NCBI GenBank assembly: GCA_964016885.1
Contig: OZ024751.1
Span: 45,260,001 to 45,324,000 of the forward strand
Reading direction: 5' to 3'
Length of the DNA: 64,000 nucleotides
Source: Eledone cirrhosa
Lineage: Eukaryota
A program made the translations under genes and the position numbers. The stretch's first letter is position 1; each line of letters opens with the position of its first letter. The notes under the pieces were generated by a model. It was not told the DNA's origin. It worked only from the letters and a program-made list of their open reading frames with translations, and did no database searches. Shown piece after piece: positions 1 to 13,373 of this stretch.

Positions 1-99
1 ATATTTAAAAGGAAGAATCATACTTATTATTTTAAAAAATATATATTAAATGAAATGGATTTATTGAAAATATATATTTAGCGTAAATATTTAGATATA

Positions 100-300
100 T
101 ACGGGGATCGGCTGACTATGAAGGAGTGACGCTAAAGCTGTATGACGTTAGAGCTGTGAAATCTTGAATGTATTAATCTCAACTCTTCTTATTAGTAACT
201 GCATTGTTTCTTTCCAAGGACTATGTTGAAAAATAAACCTCATTAGCTTACTCCATGAGAGTGTCTTGGTCTGCCTATGAATTTTAAGCCGACCCTCGTA
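100..300. mobile_element. Mariner-like MITE
   Basis: Imperfect TIRs TA-CGGGGATCGGCT ... AGCCGACCCTCG-TA with TA at both ends; CGAGGG-type ends are typical of mariner. Confidence 0.7.
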
Positions 301-589
301 AACAGCAAGCTGTTTCTATTGGCTTTAGATCTTGGAACAATCTTTTAAATATTTAAATAATTTGTCGACAAAGAGAAAGTCTATATTACATCGTTTATGT
401 TTTAAAAACAAAATAAGTTTAAGGGATATAATAAGTGCTATACTATTTTTTTTTATAAAAAAAAATTAAACTACATTAAAACCTCAGCATTCGATCTTTT
501 TCACTGTAATGGAAAAAACGCAACGATTAAACGGAAAAGTGAAGTGTTACCAGAAAAATCATCTACATTTTATAAAGAGCTATTATTGC

Positions 590-930
590 TAGAGTAGTCC
601 AATCCTTCTCACTCCTGTTAGAGGAACTCCTCCCTGGTTGACCTCCACTGCTTTGTTTGGTTTTGGCCATGTTAGGGGTGTAGCTGTTTCACCACACTTG
701 GTCAATTGCGGGCTATTTAAACCCTAGTTGGATGTACGTTGACTCCGAAGAGTTCATCCGCCCTTTTAACAGCTCTTGCTTTTTTTGTACTGCTGGGGAT
801 TCCACTTACTCTCCTCACCAGACCAAGGTTTGGTTGGGGAGCTAGTTTAGTCGCCAACTACTTAACTATGAAGCAGATTGTACTGGTTTACATGGTACCA
901 GTAGCAGGCAGAAGCCTGACCTGACTCCCA
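590..930 (-). mobile_element. Fragment of putative RTE-type LINE 5' region (copy A)
   Basis: Shares ctcctcacca, agtttagtcgccaac, ttgtactgg, taccagtagca and gacctga with 61590-61769; RTE assignment is inferred. Confidence 0.6.
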
Positions 931-1140
931 GAGTTGTATGACATTTTAATTTATTTTTTTGTGGTCATATAATCTTGTGTTGAAAGAGTCAGTGTAAAGA
1001 TAAGGTTACTTAGTACAGAAAACACGCATCACCGGGCAATGAGACTTTACAGGGTTGCTAGACATGCTAGAAATAACAGCCAGATGTCCATAAAATTACA
1101 CCCCACCGTCTTTATAAAAGGAAAAGCATATTAAATAAAG

Positions 1141-1610
1141 TTTTCATGTCTCAGGGAACCCCTACAAAATATTATTAGATACCCCGCCGAGGTTCACTTT
1201 GCTTTTCATCCTTACGGGATCGATAAAATAAAGTACCAGTAATGTAATGAGTATTTGCTGGCCTTGTGCCAAAGTAGAAACAATTATTAATCTCTAATCC
1301 TTTTATAATTTTATCGTAGTTCACGTCGTAAACATAATATATTTGTTTCCGATAACTGGTTTAAAGAAATCCTGATCCTCTTTTTGTCAAATTTATTGGT
1401 AATGCAAAAAAGAAAAGCAACAAAAAACAACCATACTGTTCCTAAGTCCACACATTAACTTTGCCTTTTATCCTTACGGCGTCGATAAAATAAAGTACCA
1501 GTAATGCACCGAGTATTTATTGGCCTTGTGCCAAAAGTAGAAACAATTATCTTATCACTGTTTCTCGCGGAACCCTAAGATTCCGGAGAACACCGGTCGA
1601 GAAACGCTAC
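1141..1610. mobile_element. hAT/Charlie-like MITE (left end lost) carrying two SINE fragments
   Basis: ttcatgtctcagggaacccctaca and tatcactg.ttctcgcggaaccc...gagaaacgct match the element at 23820-24219; SINE pieces at ~1184-1290 and ~1455-1550. Confidence 0.7.
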
Positions 1611-2744
1611 TCTACAGGGTTGCTCGACATGCTAGAAATAGCAGCCAAATGTCCATAAAGTCACACATCCCATCGTCTTAATAAAAGGAAAAGCATATTA
1701 GATAAAGTATACCCCCCAGGTAATGAGACTACAGGGTTGCCATAAATGCTAGAAATAGCAGCCAGATGTCCATAAAATCACACATCCCACCGTCTTAATA
1801 AAAGGAAAAACATATCAGATAAAGTATAGCCCTAGATCTACTAGGTCCTCTCGTCGACTCATGTCCGTATAAATATATAAATCTACAGATACCTGTGAGT
1901 CTGTACGTATTTGATACAACCATACACAAGTAACCCTAACCAGCATCAAAATAAATTAATTCGGTAAATCTGACGAAATATTTTCTCATTTCAAAATCTA
2001 TTGTCAATGAAACTCTTTTTAAAGGGTGAAAACAATATTAAATGACTTTTTAAAAATAAAGATTTTTAAGGTGATGTAATAACGAGAACAGTTAAAACTA
2101 ATAAGCCACCTGATGATTACTGAATATTAAAAATGTGGTTAGTCCGATAAATTACCTTATTCTGTTGATGTAACACACACATATGTGTGTCTGTGTATGT
2201 ACGTATTTATATATGTATGTATGTGTGGATATGCATGTATGTATGGATATATATGTATGTATACATGAAAGATTAAATCGTCATTCTTATAGTTTAGCTC
2301 CAGGTCAGTTCTGATTGAACAGTTGCAGTCTTGATCAGGGCTGATACATCATCAATCGGTGTGGTGAGATTTGAGGAAGATTTAGCTGATATTTCCAGTG
2401 ACCACGTAGAAGCCCCCTCATTGTACAAAGCCGTGGATTCTTTCTTAGAAAATACACATTGGCACAACTTTGTGGAATATACCAATATTAAATGATTTAT
2501 AAAATAATAAATAACATTTGACAATTTTTGGCTTTACTCTCGCATCCTGCGATAAGAGACTAGCTAGATTGTTTAAGAAAATTATGTTCTAAAGATTACG
2601 ATCGGTTTTAGAGGTAATGATATATATATATACATAGTTCGTTTTGTATTTGTTTTGCAAGGTTTTTGGTGTGTAAACGTATAAAAACATATTGTTATAC
2701 TTTGGGAGGGTCTTGCAACACACACACACACATATATGTGTGTG

Positions 2745-3330
2745 TATAACCCAATAACAACTCGTCACACGGTCGACGTCGACTAAACCATCAACCCCAT
2801 TTGTTTGGTGAGGAGGGTGGTTTTTGGATACCCTGCAGGATAAAAGGCAAACCCTGTCAAAAGGCGAAGAACTCTGGAGAGTCAATGGCCATCCAATAAT
2901 GTGTACCCCCCCCCCCAAAAAAAAAAGAGTAGACAGAACTTTTTAGCCATGGTCGACTGTGTATCTAGAAGAAGGATCACTCTGATTTCGAAACCAGTGT
3001 AGATAGGACTCCTTAGTCACCCTGGTGACAACCTTTCAAGTGGCCAACAGCTTCATCTTTGTAATGAAGATGGATAATCTGTGGCTCGGTATCCAGCTTT
3101 CGAATAATGGTCGGACGAGGATTAGGGACCCACCAATGTCACATTTTAATCCTTTGAAAATCATTGACATGAAGCATCATATAAATGAGCACTGGTGCCA
3201 ATGTCCATGGTCCCCGACTCTCAGCAGTGATGGTGGGATGAAACCAATACATAAATAAGGGATTCGATTCCTCGCAGTCATCTCTTTCCATTCTTTCCCA
3301 TCTCCAGGGGTAATCTACCTGATTTTCTCA
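2745..3330 (+). mobile_element. Fragment of putative RTE-type LINE 5' region (copy C)
   Basis: gactaaac...ttggtgaggagggtg...cctgcagga...ctgtcaaa...gagtcaatggccatcc matches the reverse complement of 61575-61710; 3' boundary uncertain. Confidence 0.6.
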
Positions 3331-4409
3331 TCTATTATCTATAGTGATCGACTGTTATTACAGTTATATTCGGCGTTTGGGATTTTCCTATACACACATA
3401 TATATATATATATAACTTATTCTTCTTCCTGCAAGAGTGAAACTAATACACTTCACGTTATTGCATCCTTGTTAGTTCGTTTCGTTTCCTTGACTTATAT
3501 ATATATGATTAATATGAAGTTTACGAAAACATGATAGATTAGCAATTGTATTGAAAGCAAATCTTATATTTATATTATAAAATCTTATATTATGCACGCA
3601 AGCTATACATTAAAAGAATTCAACACACATACACTCTATATATATATATATAACAGATTTAAATTAACGTTTCTGTTTATATATATATATAACAGAAACG
3701 TTCATTTAAATGTTAAACCATAAATATCAAAGTGGGTGATTGATAGCATGATAAGAGAAAAATGGACATTTAAATCTTGATAAACACAGAAAGTACTGCC
3801 TTCTTTTTTAAGCCAACGTTTCTGCCTGTCTTTTTTTTTTTTGGTAACTATATATGATTCCAAGACAATCAATTAGTGTCGATAAAAATTGGTGATGAAT
3901 AATAATAAAATCCAGCTGATATATATATATGAATAAAATATTTGTATATACGTAGAAAGTAAATTTAGAGTAAAATGAGGATAGTAAGAAAACGGAAGGA
4001 GAAGAAGGAGAAAGAGACAATATATTTGAACATCATCAATGTAGTAAATCACATGACCTGCTAAAGCGACGTAGAACATACCGTACAAAAAGAAAGTCTT
4101 TCCGCACTAAAAAAATATAGATCTCTGTTAATATTAAACTGTAGGCGTGTAAAAGCGACTGACTAAAAAAATATATATACATGATAGTTACAATGGAGTT
4201 GTTTAACAATTAACATTGTAAATTAAGGTTTTTTTTTTCTTTACGGATATTCAAGTAGTGAATTATTTAAAAAAAACAACAACAAAACAAATACAAAAAC
4301 GAAATAGTTGAGAGTTAGTCATATGCGCATTATTCTCCCTCCGGTTGACCTGAGTGAAGAGGTGGAGGCTGTACGTACATGACCGGGAGGTAGTTGACTG
4401 AACAAGGTT

Positions 4410-4414
<5 letters not shown>

Positions 4415-4468
<54 letters not shown>

Positions 4469-4483
4469 TATATTTATATACAC

Positions 4484-4541
<58 letters not shown>

Positions 4542-4580
4542 GTGTGTGTGTGTATATATATATATATGTGTGTATACACA
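4415..4580. repeat. (TA)n/(CA)n/(TG)n compound microsatellite just upstream of USP3 exon 1
   Basis: Direct reading. Confidence 0.95.
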
Positions 4581-4758
4581 GACTGTGAAACAAGCTCATT
4601 GTGTTATTTCTATTTGAAAAATTTTTGAAAACTTTAAAAAAAACCCACAAAAATCAAAATAGGAAAAAAAAACAAAACAAAAATTCCTCCCCCTCCTCCT
4701 CTTCTTCCCGCACAAATAACACAAAACTGGATAACTTGATCGTGAAATCTACGTATAA

Positions 4759-4846
4759 ATGGAGTGTCCGCATCTTGAGGAAAGTGCAAAAATTACAGCG
4801 CCTTCTGTAAAGTCAGAAAACCTTCCCCAGCAGTTTACTTGTTCAG
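4759..4846 (+). CDS. USP3: USP3 exon 1
   Basis: ATG at 4759, [29 protein letters not shown], donor G|gtaatg. Confidence 0.92.
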
Positions 4847-7800
4847 GTAATGTGTCAATAATGTTAAAAAAAACCCACATAACATAACATAACAATCTTT
4901 GTTTTTCTCAGCAATATCTCCCCTAACCCTTTCTTGTCATTAAAATAATTCCCTTAGTACAACCACTACCACCATCACTTAGAACTATTATTTATTATGC
5001 CTGTATATATATATATATATATATATATATCATCATCATCTATATGTGTATGTATGTGTGTCTGTAAAAGTGGAACCGGCTTAAAAAAATTTCATCTTCA
5101 CGTCTCTCTTTTGATGTTACGCTTCATTAATTTCATCATCGTTTCTTAGCCTACAATTCCAACCGAACCAACTTTAAACATGTGCTTATAAGCTGTAACG
5201 TTTATCTTCGTCTCGTCCTCTCCTTAAACCAACCCCAAATATATCTTTCATTGTTAATTAATCTAATTATTATTTTGATCGTTTTTTTCCCACTTATTAT
5301 TGCACCCCCCTCATTTTATTTTATTTTATTTCAATCAATTTCTTGATTTAAACAAAACGATCATTGTATATATCTATGTATTATATTATCTTTATTTATT
5401 TCATATAAATTATTTTTTTAAAACACTGAAATGATCCGTGAGAACTTTTTAGAATGTATTTCTTACTGATAATAATTGTTTTATTTTTTTTTTAAATAAC
5501 CGCAATGATAATCTGATAGTTACACACACACACACATATGTGTGTGTTATTTTTCTTGGGTGGAAACTAACAATCAGAAACTGGTTTGATTAAATATTTC
5601 AATTTGTATGCAATATTACAAGATGTGAAAAATATATATAGAAATTATTAAGTTTAAACAAGAGGGGAAAAATAAAAAAAAAATATGAGGAACAACAAAG
5701 AACGCTTCGCACTGTTTTGAAATATTGGGAGGAAACGGTGTAATCGTTAAAATACTCTCCTGTTTATTTGTTCCGTTTTTACAACCTCGCCAATTAATAC
5801 CTGTACAACCTTAATAATGCACACATGTTCGTCTTTATATTCTGGATTTTATAGATATTGATTTAATTGGATTAAAATTGCGTTTTTTAATGAGATCTAT
5901 TATGTAATTTCTTCACATTCGCATATGATTCTAGAACATTTAAGTTTTAAGCAGTAATGGGATTATATTTTTTATCTATCTATCTATTAATGGGGTGTTT
6001 TGTGTATAATTATACATACATATTGCCAAATAATAACTGATTTAGCATTCAATACATTTAACTGTAAATGTTACGTTTTCAAAGAAAAATGTGACAGGGA
6101 CAGGACTTCTAAGTTTCGATTGTGAATTCGCCTCAAGTAATATAAAATGAAAAAAATCGAATTTACGTTTAATTTAATGCATACGAATAGCTAATTAATT
6201 GATTAATTAATTAGTATTGTTTAAATACGTGCGGTCTATAGCTGCTGGTGTTGGCATGTGGACAGTAATTTCAATCTCAAAATGACAGTTAAAACGTTGA
6301 AAGCCAGTTTGCTAGCTACCTTATTCACATGGTTTATATATTTATATATATATATACACTACACACATATATAATCCCGCTTACAATTTTCCTTCTCCCT
6401 CCCCCTTCCTTTTTTCTTTTATGAACTTTAGTGAGTCATTGCCCCCCCCCCCATTTAGGGGTTCTCGTTGGACAAAATGGCCCCAATTAGCCTTTTTCCC
6501 CTTCCACCACAGCTTGTCATTTCATCATTTCAAATTGTTGTCTTCGAGACGAGAGAATTTTACTTTCTCCTTAGACAATATTTAGGCGGTCTTGTTGGCA
6601 GACACACCAGTTTATTGATTTACCTTTTTCAACAAGGATTAAAATCGAAAAGAAATCGAATATTTCTTTCCTTAATTTATATTTTATTTGTTAATTTAAT
6701 AGCACTGTTGTTGTTTAGTTCCTTCGTCAGGCTCTGGAACGAGCAGACTTGTATCGAACAGAAAGCATTTAAGCTGTGACCATCCTCATCTTTTATTTCA
6801 TATATTCTGTATCTAAAACTACATTATTTATTATTATCCAAGTGTGACCTTTTCTGTTGTAAAATAGTTAAGGATGAAGGTTTCACTGTTATTTCTAGGA
6901 GGTCGAGTGATCACATAGAGGCTCTTTTCGTTGTGTTGTGCTGTTATATTTTTGCCGTTTCAAAATTGTTGCCATTACAGAATTAATAAAAATAATTATT
7001 TTATTTGCCACAGGGGCGTCGACTGGAGGAGATGTTACAAATAGAAATTATGATCATTTACTTCGACATTTATGATGACTAGGCAATTCTAAAGAGATAC
7101 AAACAAACTCCCTTCTACACCCACACACTAACTAATTGATCTTCCATATTCAGCTGTTGTAAATTAACAGCCATTTGGTCACTAATTTCTTTCCATCAAA
7201 CAAAACCCCAGTCATCGTCCTTTAACTCCGAATAACCGACGCCATCTAAACGCATAACAACGGCGATTCATCGAGTGAGCCCTATCTCTCTTTCTATGTT
7301 TTCGCTCAGTCTTGTAAAAATGGCAGTCAAATCTCACCTCAAATCACACCTAACCTTATGTATGTATATATACATGGATGTATGAAGGGACCTGGGAGAA
7401 ATAGCAGCTAGATCCCCCTCAATTCACATCCTATTGTCTTATGTAGCAGCTACCGCAGGAATGTCTACGTATATATGGATATATATGAGCCTCTACATGG
7501 TAGCTTAGACCTGTTAAAAATAGTCAAATTTTCCTCAAATCATGTCCTACTGTCCTATGTATGTATGGATGTATATGAGCCTCTACGTGTTAGAGAGACC
7601 TGTTAGAAATGGCAGTCAAATCTCCCTCGAACAACGTTTACTGTTTTATAAGTGTATGAACATATATAAGCCGCTACGCAATAGCTAGATCTATTAGAAA
7701 TAGCAGTCAAATCTTCCTCAAATCACATCCTACCCTCATATATATGTGTGTGTGTGTGAGCCAATGAGGGAGACCTCTACATCGTAACTAGACCTGTTGG

Positions 7801-10800
7801 AAATAACAGCCAAATTCCCTTTAATTCACACTCTACTATGTCATGTATGAGCAATCGAAGGAGACTACCTGATAGCCAGACCTAGTATAGAAATAGCAGC
7901 CAAATCGTCCTCAAATCCTAATATACCGTCTTGAATAAGGAAAATACAAGATAATACAGTAGTCTTATATAGTCCTGCAAAATGAGATGGTCACAGCTGG
8001 AATGTCTTTGATTTTGACTCAAACTATGTTTGAATATGTTTTAAAAGCAAGGCTGACCAACAATACCTCATTACAAATAAAGGGGTCCCTCTCTGCGTTG
8101 TCGCTCAACCTGCTAGAGATAGCAGCCACTTCTTCCTCATCACACCTTACAGACTATTTAAGAAAAATGGCACATTGGATGATATTGTCTGTCTGTTTCA
8201 AATACAGAATGTCTGAGAAAGAAAATGACGTAATGGTCATGGCTAGTATATCTTGGATTGGAGTTCACCTTCGGCTAAACAAAAGCAATTATACATTAAA
8301 AATGTTCTAAGATTGATAAGTAGTATTACATTAAAAAAAAAATCATTCACCATTAATATCTTTTTTGATTATACACAGCTACGACTGTTTCACAGATGGG
8401 TGGCTCAGGATCCATGTAAATGCTATAGACACGATTCCAGCCCGATCTGCTCACCAGACTTGTTAATCAAGCAAAATCAAAATCTCATCTCTCTCTCTCA
8501 CACACACACATGTATGTATGTGTGTGTATATTTGTGTATACACACCCATGTATGTATGTGTGTGTATATATATGTGTATATTTGTGTATGTATGTGTATA
8601 TGTATATTTTTATATATTTATATGTATATATGTGTGTGTGTATGAAGTTCTTCCCTTCTTGCTACTTGATATTCTCAGGCTATTTGCAAGCAGCAAGGGT
8701 TAAATGGATTTAGTTTTCAGTCTAACCCCCCCTCCCTCCTCTCTCTCTCTCTCTCTCCATGTGGTATTAAAAACTAAAGTACATCCAGAAAGGAATGCTC
8801 TCTTCTTTCCTCTCTTTATAGCTGTTTCTTCAAGGTAGACTTGGCTTAGCCTTAATTTTATTCATTTGCAATCTTATATGATTTTTTTTCACCCAAGAAA
8901 TCCCCTATCGTGGTTGTTCGACCTACATGAAATAGCAGCCAAATCTATCAGTAAGTCACTTCCTTCTGTTGTAACAGCGGAAGGATGCACCTTGTGAGTA
9001 GAATTTACTAAGAATAAATACGACGTATTATAAATATAATAATACTAATGATAGTGATTTCGTTTGTGTGTGTATTCTTAGATATACAGAGACGGGGTGG
9101 TCAGGAATTGAACATATGTCTGCTCAATCAGGGTTGACTTGGGGATTAACAAACTCTTCTCATCCAGTTATGCTGGAAGCAGAAGGTAGACAGATGGTTT
9201 ACTTTATTCTATTTATTTATTCAATTACTCTTGTTTAGCCCCAGGCCAGCCCTGATTCAGTGTTCCCACCGTGACTTTCTATATTTTCCCCCTCAGACAG
9301 TATAATATAGGGTCACATTACCCAATGTGTCCTACCTCCCTTTTTTTTCTTTAAAAAAAACGAGATGTGAACGAGAACAGGTCAAGCTTGGTCTTTGTTG
9401 CTTGACTGGCGAATTTTTTTTTTATTGTCCTGGGCACGATGGTGGGAAAGTTAATGCTATGTCTAGCAGTTAACTGTAAGTTCAAGGAGAAGGAGAGGGA
9501 ATAAGTAGGCAGATCTCCCCGCTAAATCTCTCAACATGCTAGCTACTTATTTGGACATTGTCAAACAGGCTGAAATTGAATCAAGGAAAGGCAGAAAGCT
9601 GTCATTATTCTCTTCCTTTCAACGTGTTTTTGTCTGAAGTATATTTTACATTTATCCTTTACGAATGAACATCGTCACGCGACCTGCTAGAAATAGCAGA
9701 CAAATCACACATGGTTGTCTTTGTGGGTGAGAAGAAAAGATGTACAACAATATATGGTGGGTTTTGTAGTCGTAGTTTTATGCAGTTGAAGGCAGTGTTA
9801 TGTAAAGGAGAGGAGGTACACAATATAGTTTTATATATATTTCTAAAAGGATGAGACGATCATGGTTGGAATACATTTGATAATGGATCTGTTCAACTAG
9901 AGTTGACTTGAGTCGAAACGGTGACATCATATGATATAGTTCATATTGTTTTAACTAGAACAGTGAGATAGATCTATTGTATCTAGACTGATATTATGGA
10001 GTTACATAACTGCTATCGATTAGTCACTTTATCGATATTATCACGGTTCATTTCTCTTTTTGAAACGATCGTAAAACAATGAAATAATTAAGTACTAAAT
10101 CTCGCCGCCTTTGTTTTCATTGTTCAACTTATATAGAAGATTTCGTATATTTAAAAAAAAAGGCTTTCGATTTGGCAATGTGTGGTAGGGCGTTCAATAA
10201 AAAAGGTTTCCATATTTGTTGCGGTTCACTAAGCTCTGAGTTCAAATCTCGCCGAAGTCAACTTTACCTTTCATCCTTTCGAGATCGATAAATAAAGTAC
10301 TAGTCCAGTATCAGGATCGATTCTTGTCTGGAAGAAATCGGCTGTTCAAACCCGAAGAGGGATGAGCTCTGCCGGGTTTAAATTGCCCAAGACACGCTGA
10401 GTATCAGGATTTCGCCCTTACGACTCCTCTATCAGGAGTTAAGGACCCTTTATATTTCAAACTAATTAGCTGTTGTCTCATAGCCGTTCTCTAATCGATA
10501 GTTTTAATTATTAACAGATCAAAACTATTGTCAGAATTTATGATACTAAAGAAAACAAAATAGCTGTTCTTAAATGGAAGACACACAATTTTAGCAATCT
10601 AGGCAATTCATGTTTTAAACTGCTGCTTTCAGTCTATAATTATGACAATCTAGTAATTATCGGTTAGCTAGTAAATCTAGAAAAATAGCTGGTACAACTA
10701 TATTATTTTAGCTGAATTAAATGGTAGACAGCTATGGAAATAAATCTTGATTGATTTGTACTGTTGGCCATTGATGAATTATATACACTCCATTCAATAT

Positions 10801-13201
10801 GATCTGGCTGTCTGTCTGAATGATATATCTCCAGACATCTGTCTCTATCTATCTGTCACACACATCTCTTGACTCCTATGATCTATCTATCTGTCTGAAT
10901 TATACATCTCACGACTCCTCTCACTATAATTTATCCATCTACCTACCTATCTAGCTATCCACCTATCCATTTAAATGATAATCTGAAGACGCCCCCCCCC
11001 CCTCACTATATGTCTGTCTACCTGTCTGTCTGTCTGTCTGATACATCTCAAGACTCTTCTCACTGTGATCTATCTCAATCTGTGATACATTTAGGTTACA
11101 TTTGATGGAAATCTCGGTCGGATGGGGGGGGGGGGGGTAACAGAAGACTAGTAACTTACGATAGTATTGAAGGCCATATTCGTTCATAACATCAGAAATC
11201 ACAGGAAAAACAAATTTCATCCTCATAATTCTAACCAAACATATCAACTAAGTTAATTTTTTCTTCTTTATTAATGCATTCGATACAGGTGTATTAATAA
11301 AAGATTACCGAGGTCTTTTTCCAATTGAAAGTTACTCACGATTAAGGCTTTTGTGTTGATATATTTAATATGTCCTTTTTAACATAAAATCAGTTCTATT
11401 GAGGGAAGAGTATGGCCAATTGAAAGTTCAATATCAAAGTGGCTGTGAGTTGTGGACGGAGCAGTGGTGAGTTGTGGACGGAGCAGTGGTGACTTGGACA
11501 CAAACCGGAGCTTGATTAACTCAGCAGGTGAAAGTCCGGTTCTGTGAACAAAACAAGTGTTGCTTATTTTATCATCACTGCAAATGAGGCGGCGAATGCG
11601 AGGATAGACCGCTTTACGGTATTCAACCTGCTCTCTGAGTTTAAATCTCACCGCGGTCAACTTTGCTTTTCATCCTTTCGAGGTCGATAACAAAAAGTAC
11701 CAGTTCACTACTGACTGGGGGTCAGTTCTTCCTCTATTATATCTCTATTATATTTCTCTGGAAGAAATCCGATGTGTTCAGACCTGGAGAAGGATGGCAT
11801 CCGCCTGGTTTAAAGTGGTCAAGATACGTTGTATGTCAATACGGCGCCCCTCTGACTCCATTAGGTGTTACGGTTGTCATACATAACAAAGTTGAAATAT
11901 CGAGTTAGTTGCTGATCTATACGAACACTGAACAAAGACACACCCAAACTGGATATATTAAAAAGTAATAAATCACTTTCCATTGTAGCTTGACCTATTA
12001 GCAATACCAGTTGAACTTCACATCCTACCGTTAAAAAAATAGAAAGTCACGTTAAATAAGGTAGTCAAGATACAATATATCTAGGAAATGAGATGGTTAT
12101 AGCTGGATGCCTTCGATCGTGGATCAAGACTACTTTAAGTGGGTCTTAACAAAAAATAATTTTCTACTTTTGGCACAAGGCCAGCAATTACTCAGTGCAT
12201 TGCTGGTACTTCATTTTATCGACCCCGTAAGGATGAAAGGCAAAGTTAACCTCAACGGGATTTGAACTCAGAATGGCAAGAGCCGTAACTCTATGCGTCA
12301 AAGCATGGCGTGCGACACTCTACCGATACTGCCAATCCAATAATAAAACTATAGATCGCTGATGCTGGATGGGTGCCTTACATGTAGTGAGAACATTCAA
12401 TGGATGAAAATAACACCATGAACATTATTGGTATCGATATTTCATCGTGTTGTCTGTTAACAGTGCTTAGTTGTTATTGTTTAAGCCTAAGGACAGACAG
12501 ACCTTCTCTAGCGGCAACCTGGTGGGGCGTTCGGCCGCCAGCCAGCCAGGCCGAAGAGGAGGGCAACTGTCAAAGTCTCGGATTCTCTCTGATAGGTTTG
12601 TGGTAGAGCCTGTGGCAACAGTGGAGATTTACTGTGTTCTTGTACCCCCCCCCCCCCCCACACACACACACTTCCAGACTAGCGGAGCGGAGTTGGCTTG
12701 TCGCTGGTGCGAGATCCGCCACACACAGTGGCTGTTCTGTTCCAGCATATCTTCCTTGCCGTCCCCCGAGGCAATGCCTTCTCCAGTCTGACGGCCGAGA
12801 CTACGTTAAGTAGATTCGTGGTTTACTCATATGTGAAACGGTCGTAAGAATCAATCAAAACATACATATATCGTCTAATCCTTGCTAGCAGGGAAAATGA
12901 GATCAGACCTTCAGACCTAATTTAGCAAGCCTGTGATATTCTAGCCGTGACTAATTCATCTGTTTTTCTAGACTTTTTTTTTTTTTTTTAGAGATAGTAA
13001 TGGGAAATTTAGGGATATTTAATTGCTATTTCTTGTAAATCGTGCAGATGTATAAAATTACCAGTAATATACTGTATTTCATCAAATCAAATGCTGCACT
13101 GAATAAGAAAATAAGAATCGTATGCTGCTTAAGACAAACATCTTAATTTAGAAGTGGATAAAATGAAATCAAATAAAAGAAACGTTTGGTATATATGTAC
13201 A

Positions 13202-13258
<57 letters not shown>

Positions 13259-13318
13259 CTTTTTCCTTCTTACTTATAACCTTTGATTTGTTTGAAACTA
13301 ACTTTACCCCCTTTTCAG

Positions 13319-13373
<55 letters not shown>

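Noticed and set aside
4050-4415. Possible divergent minus-strand exons or a USP3 5' UTR exon upstream of the ATG
   Set aside because: Only isolated splice-like motifs, with no coding signal or partner exons
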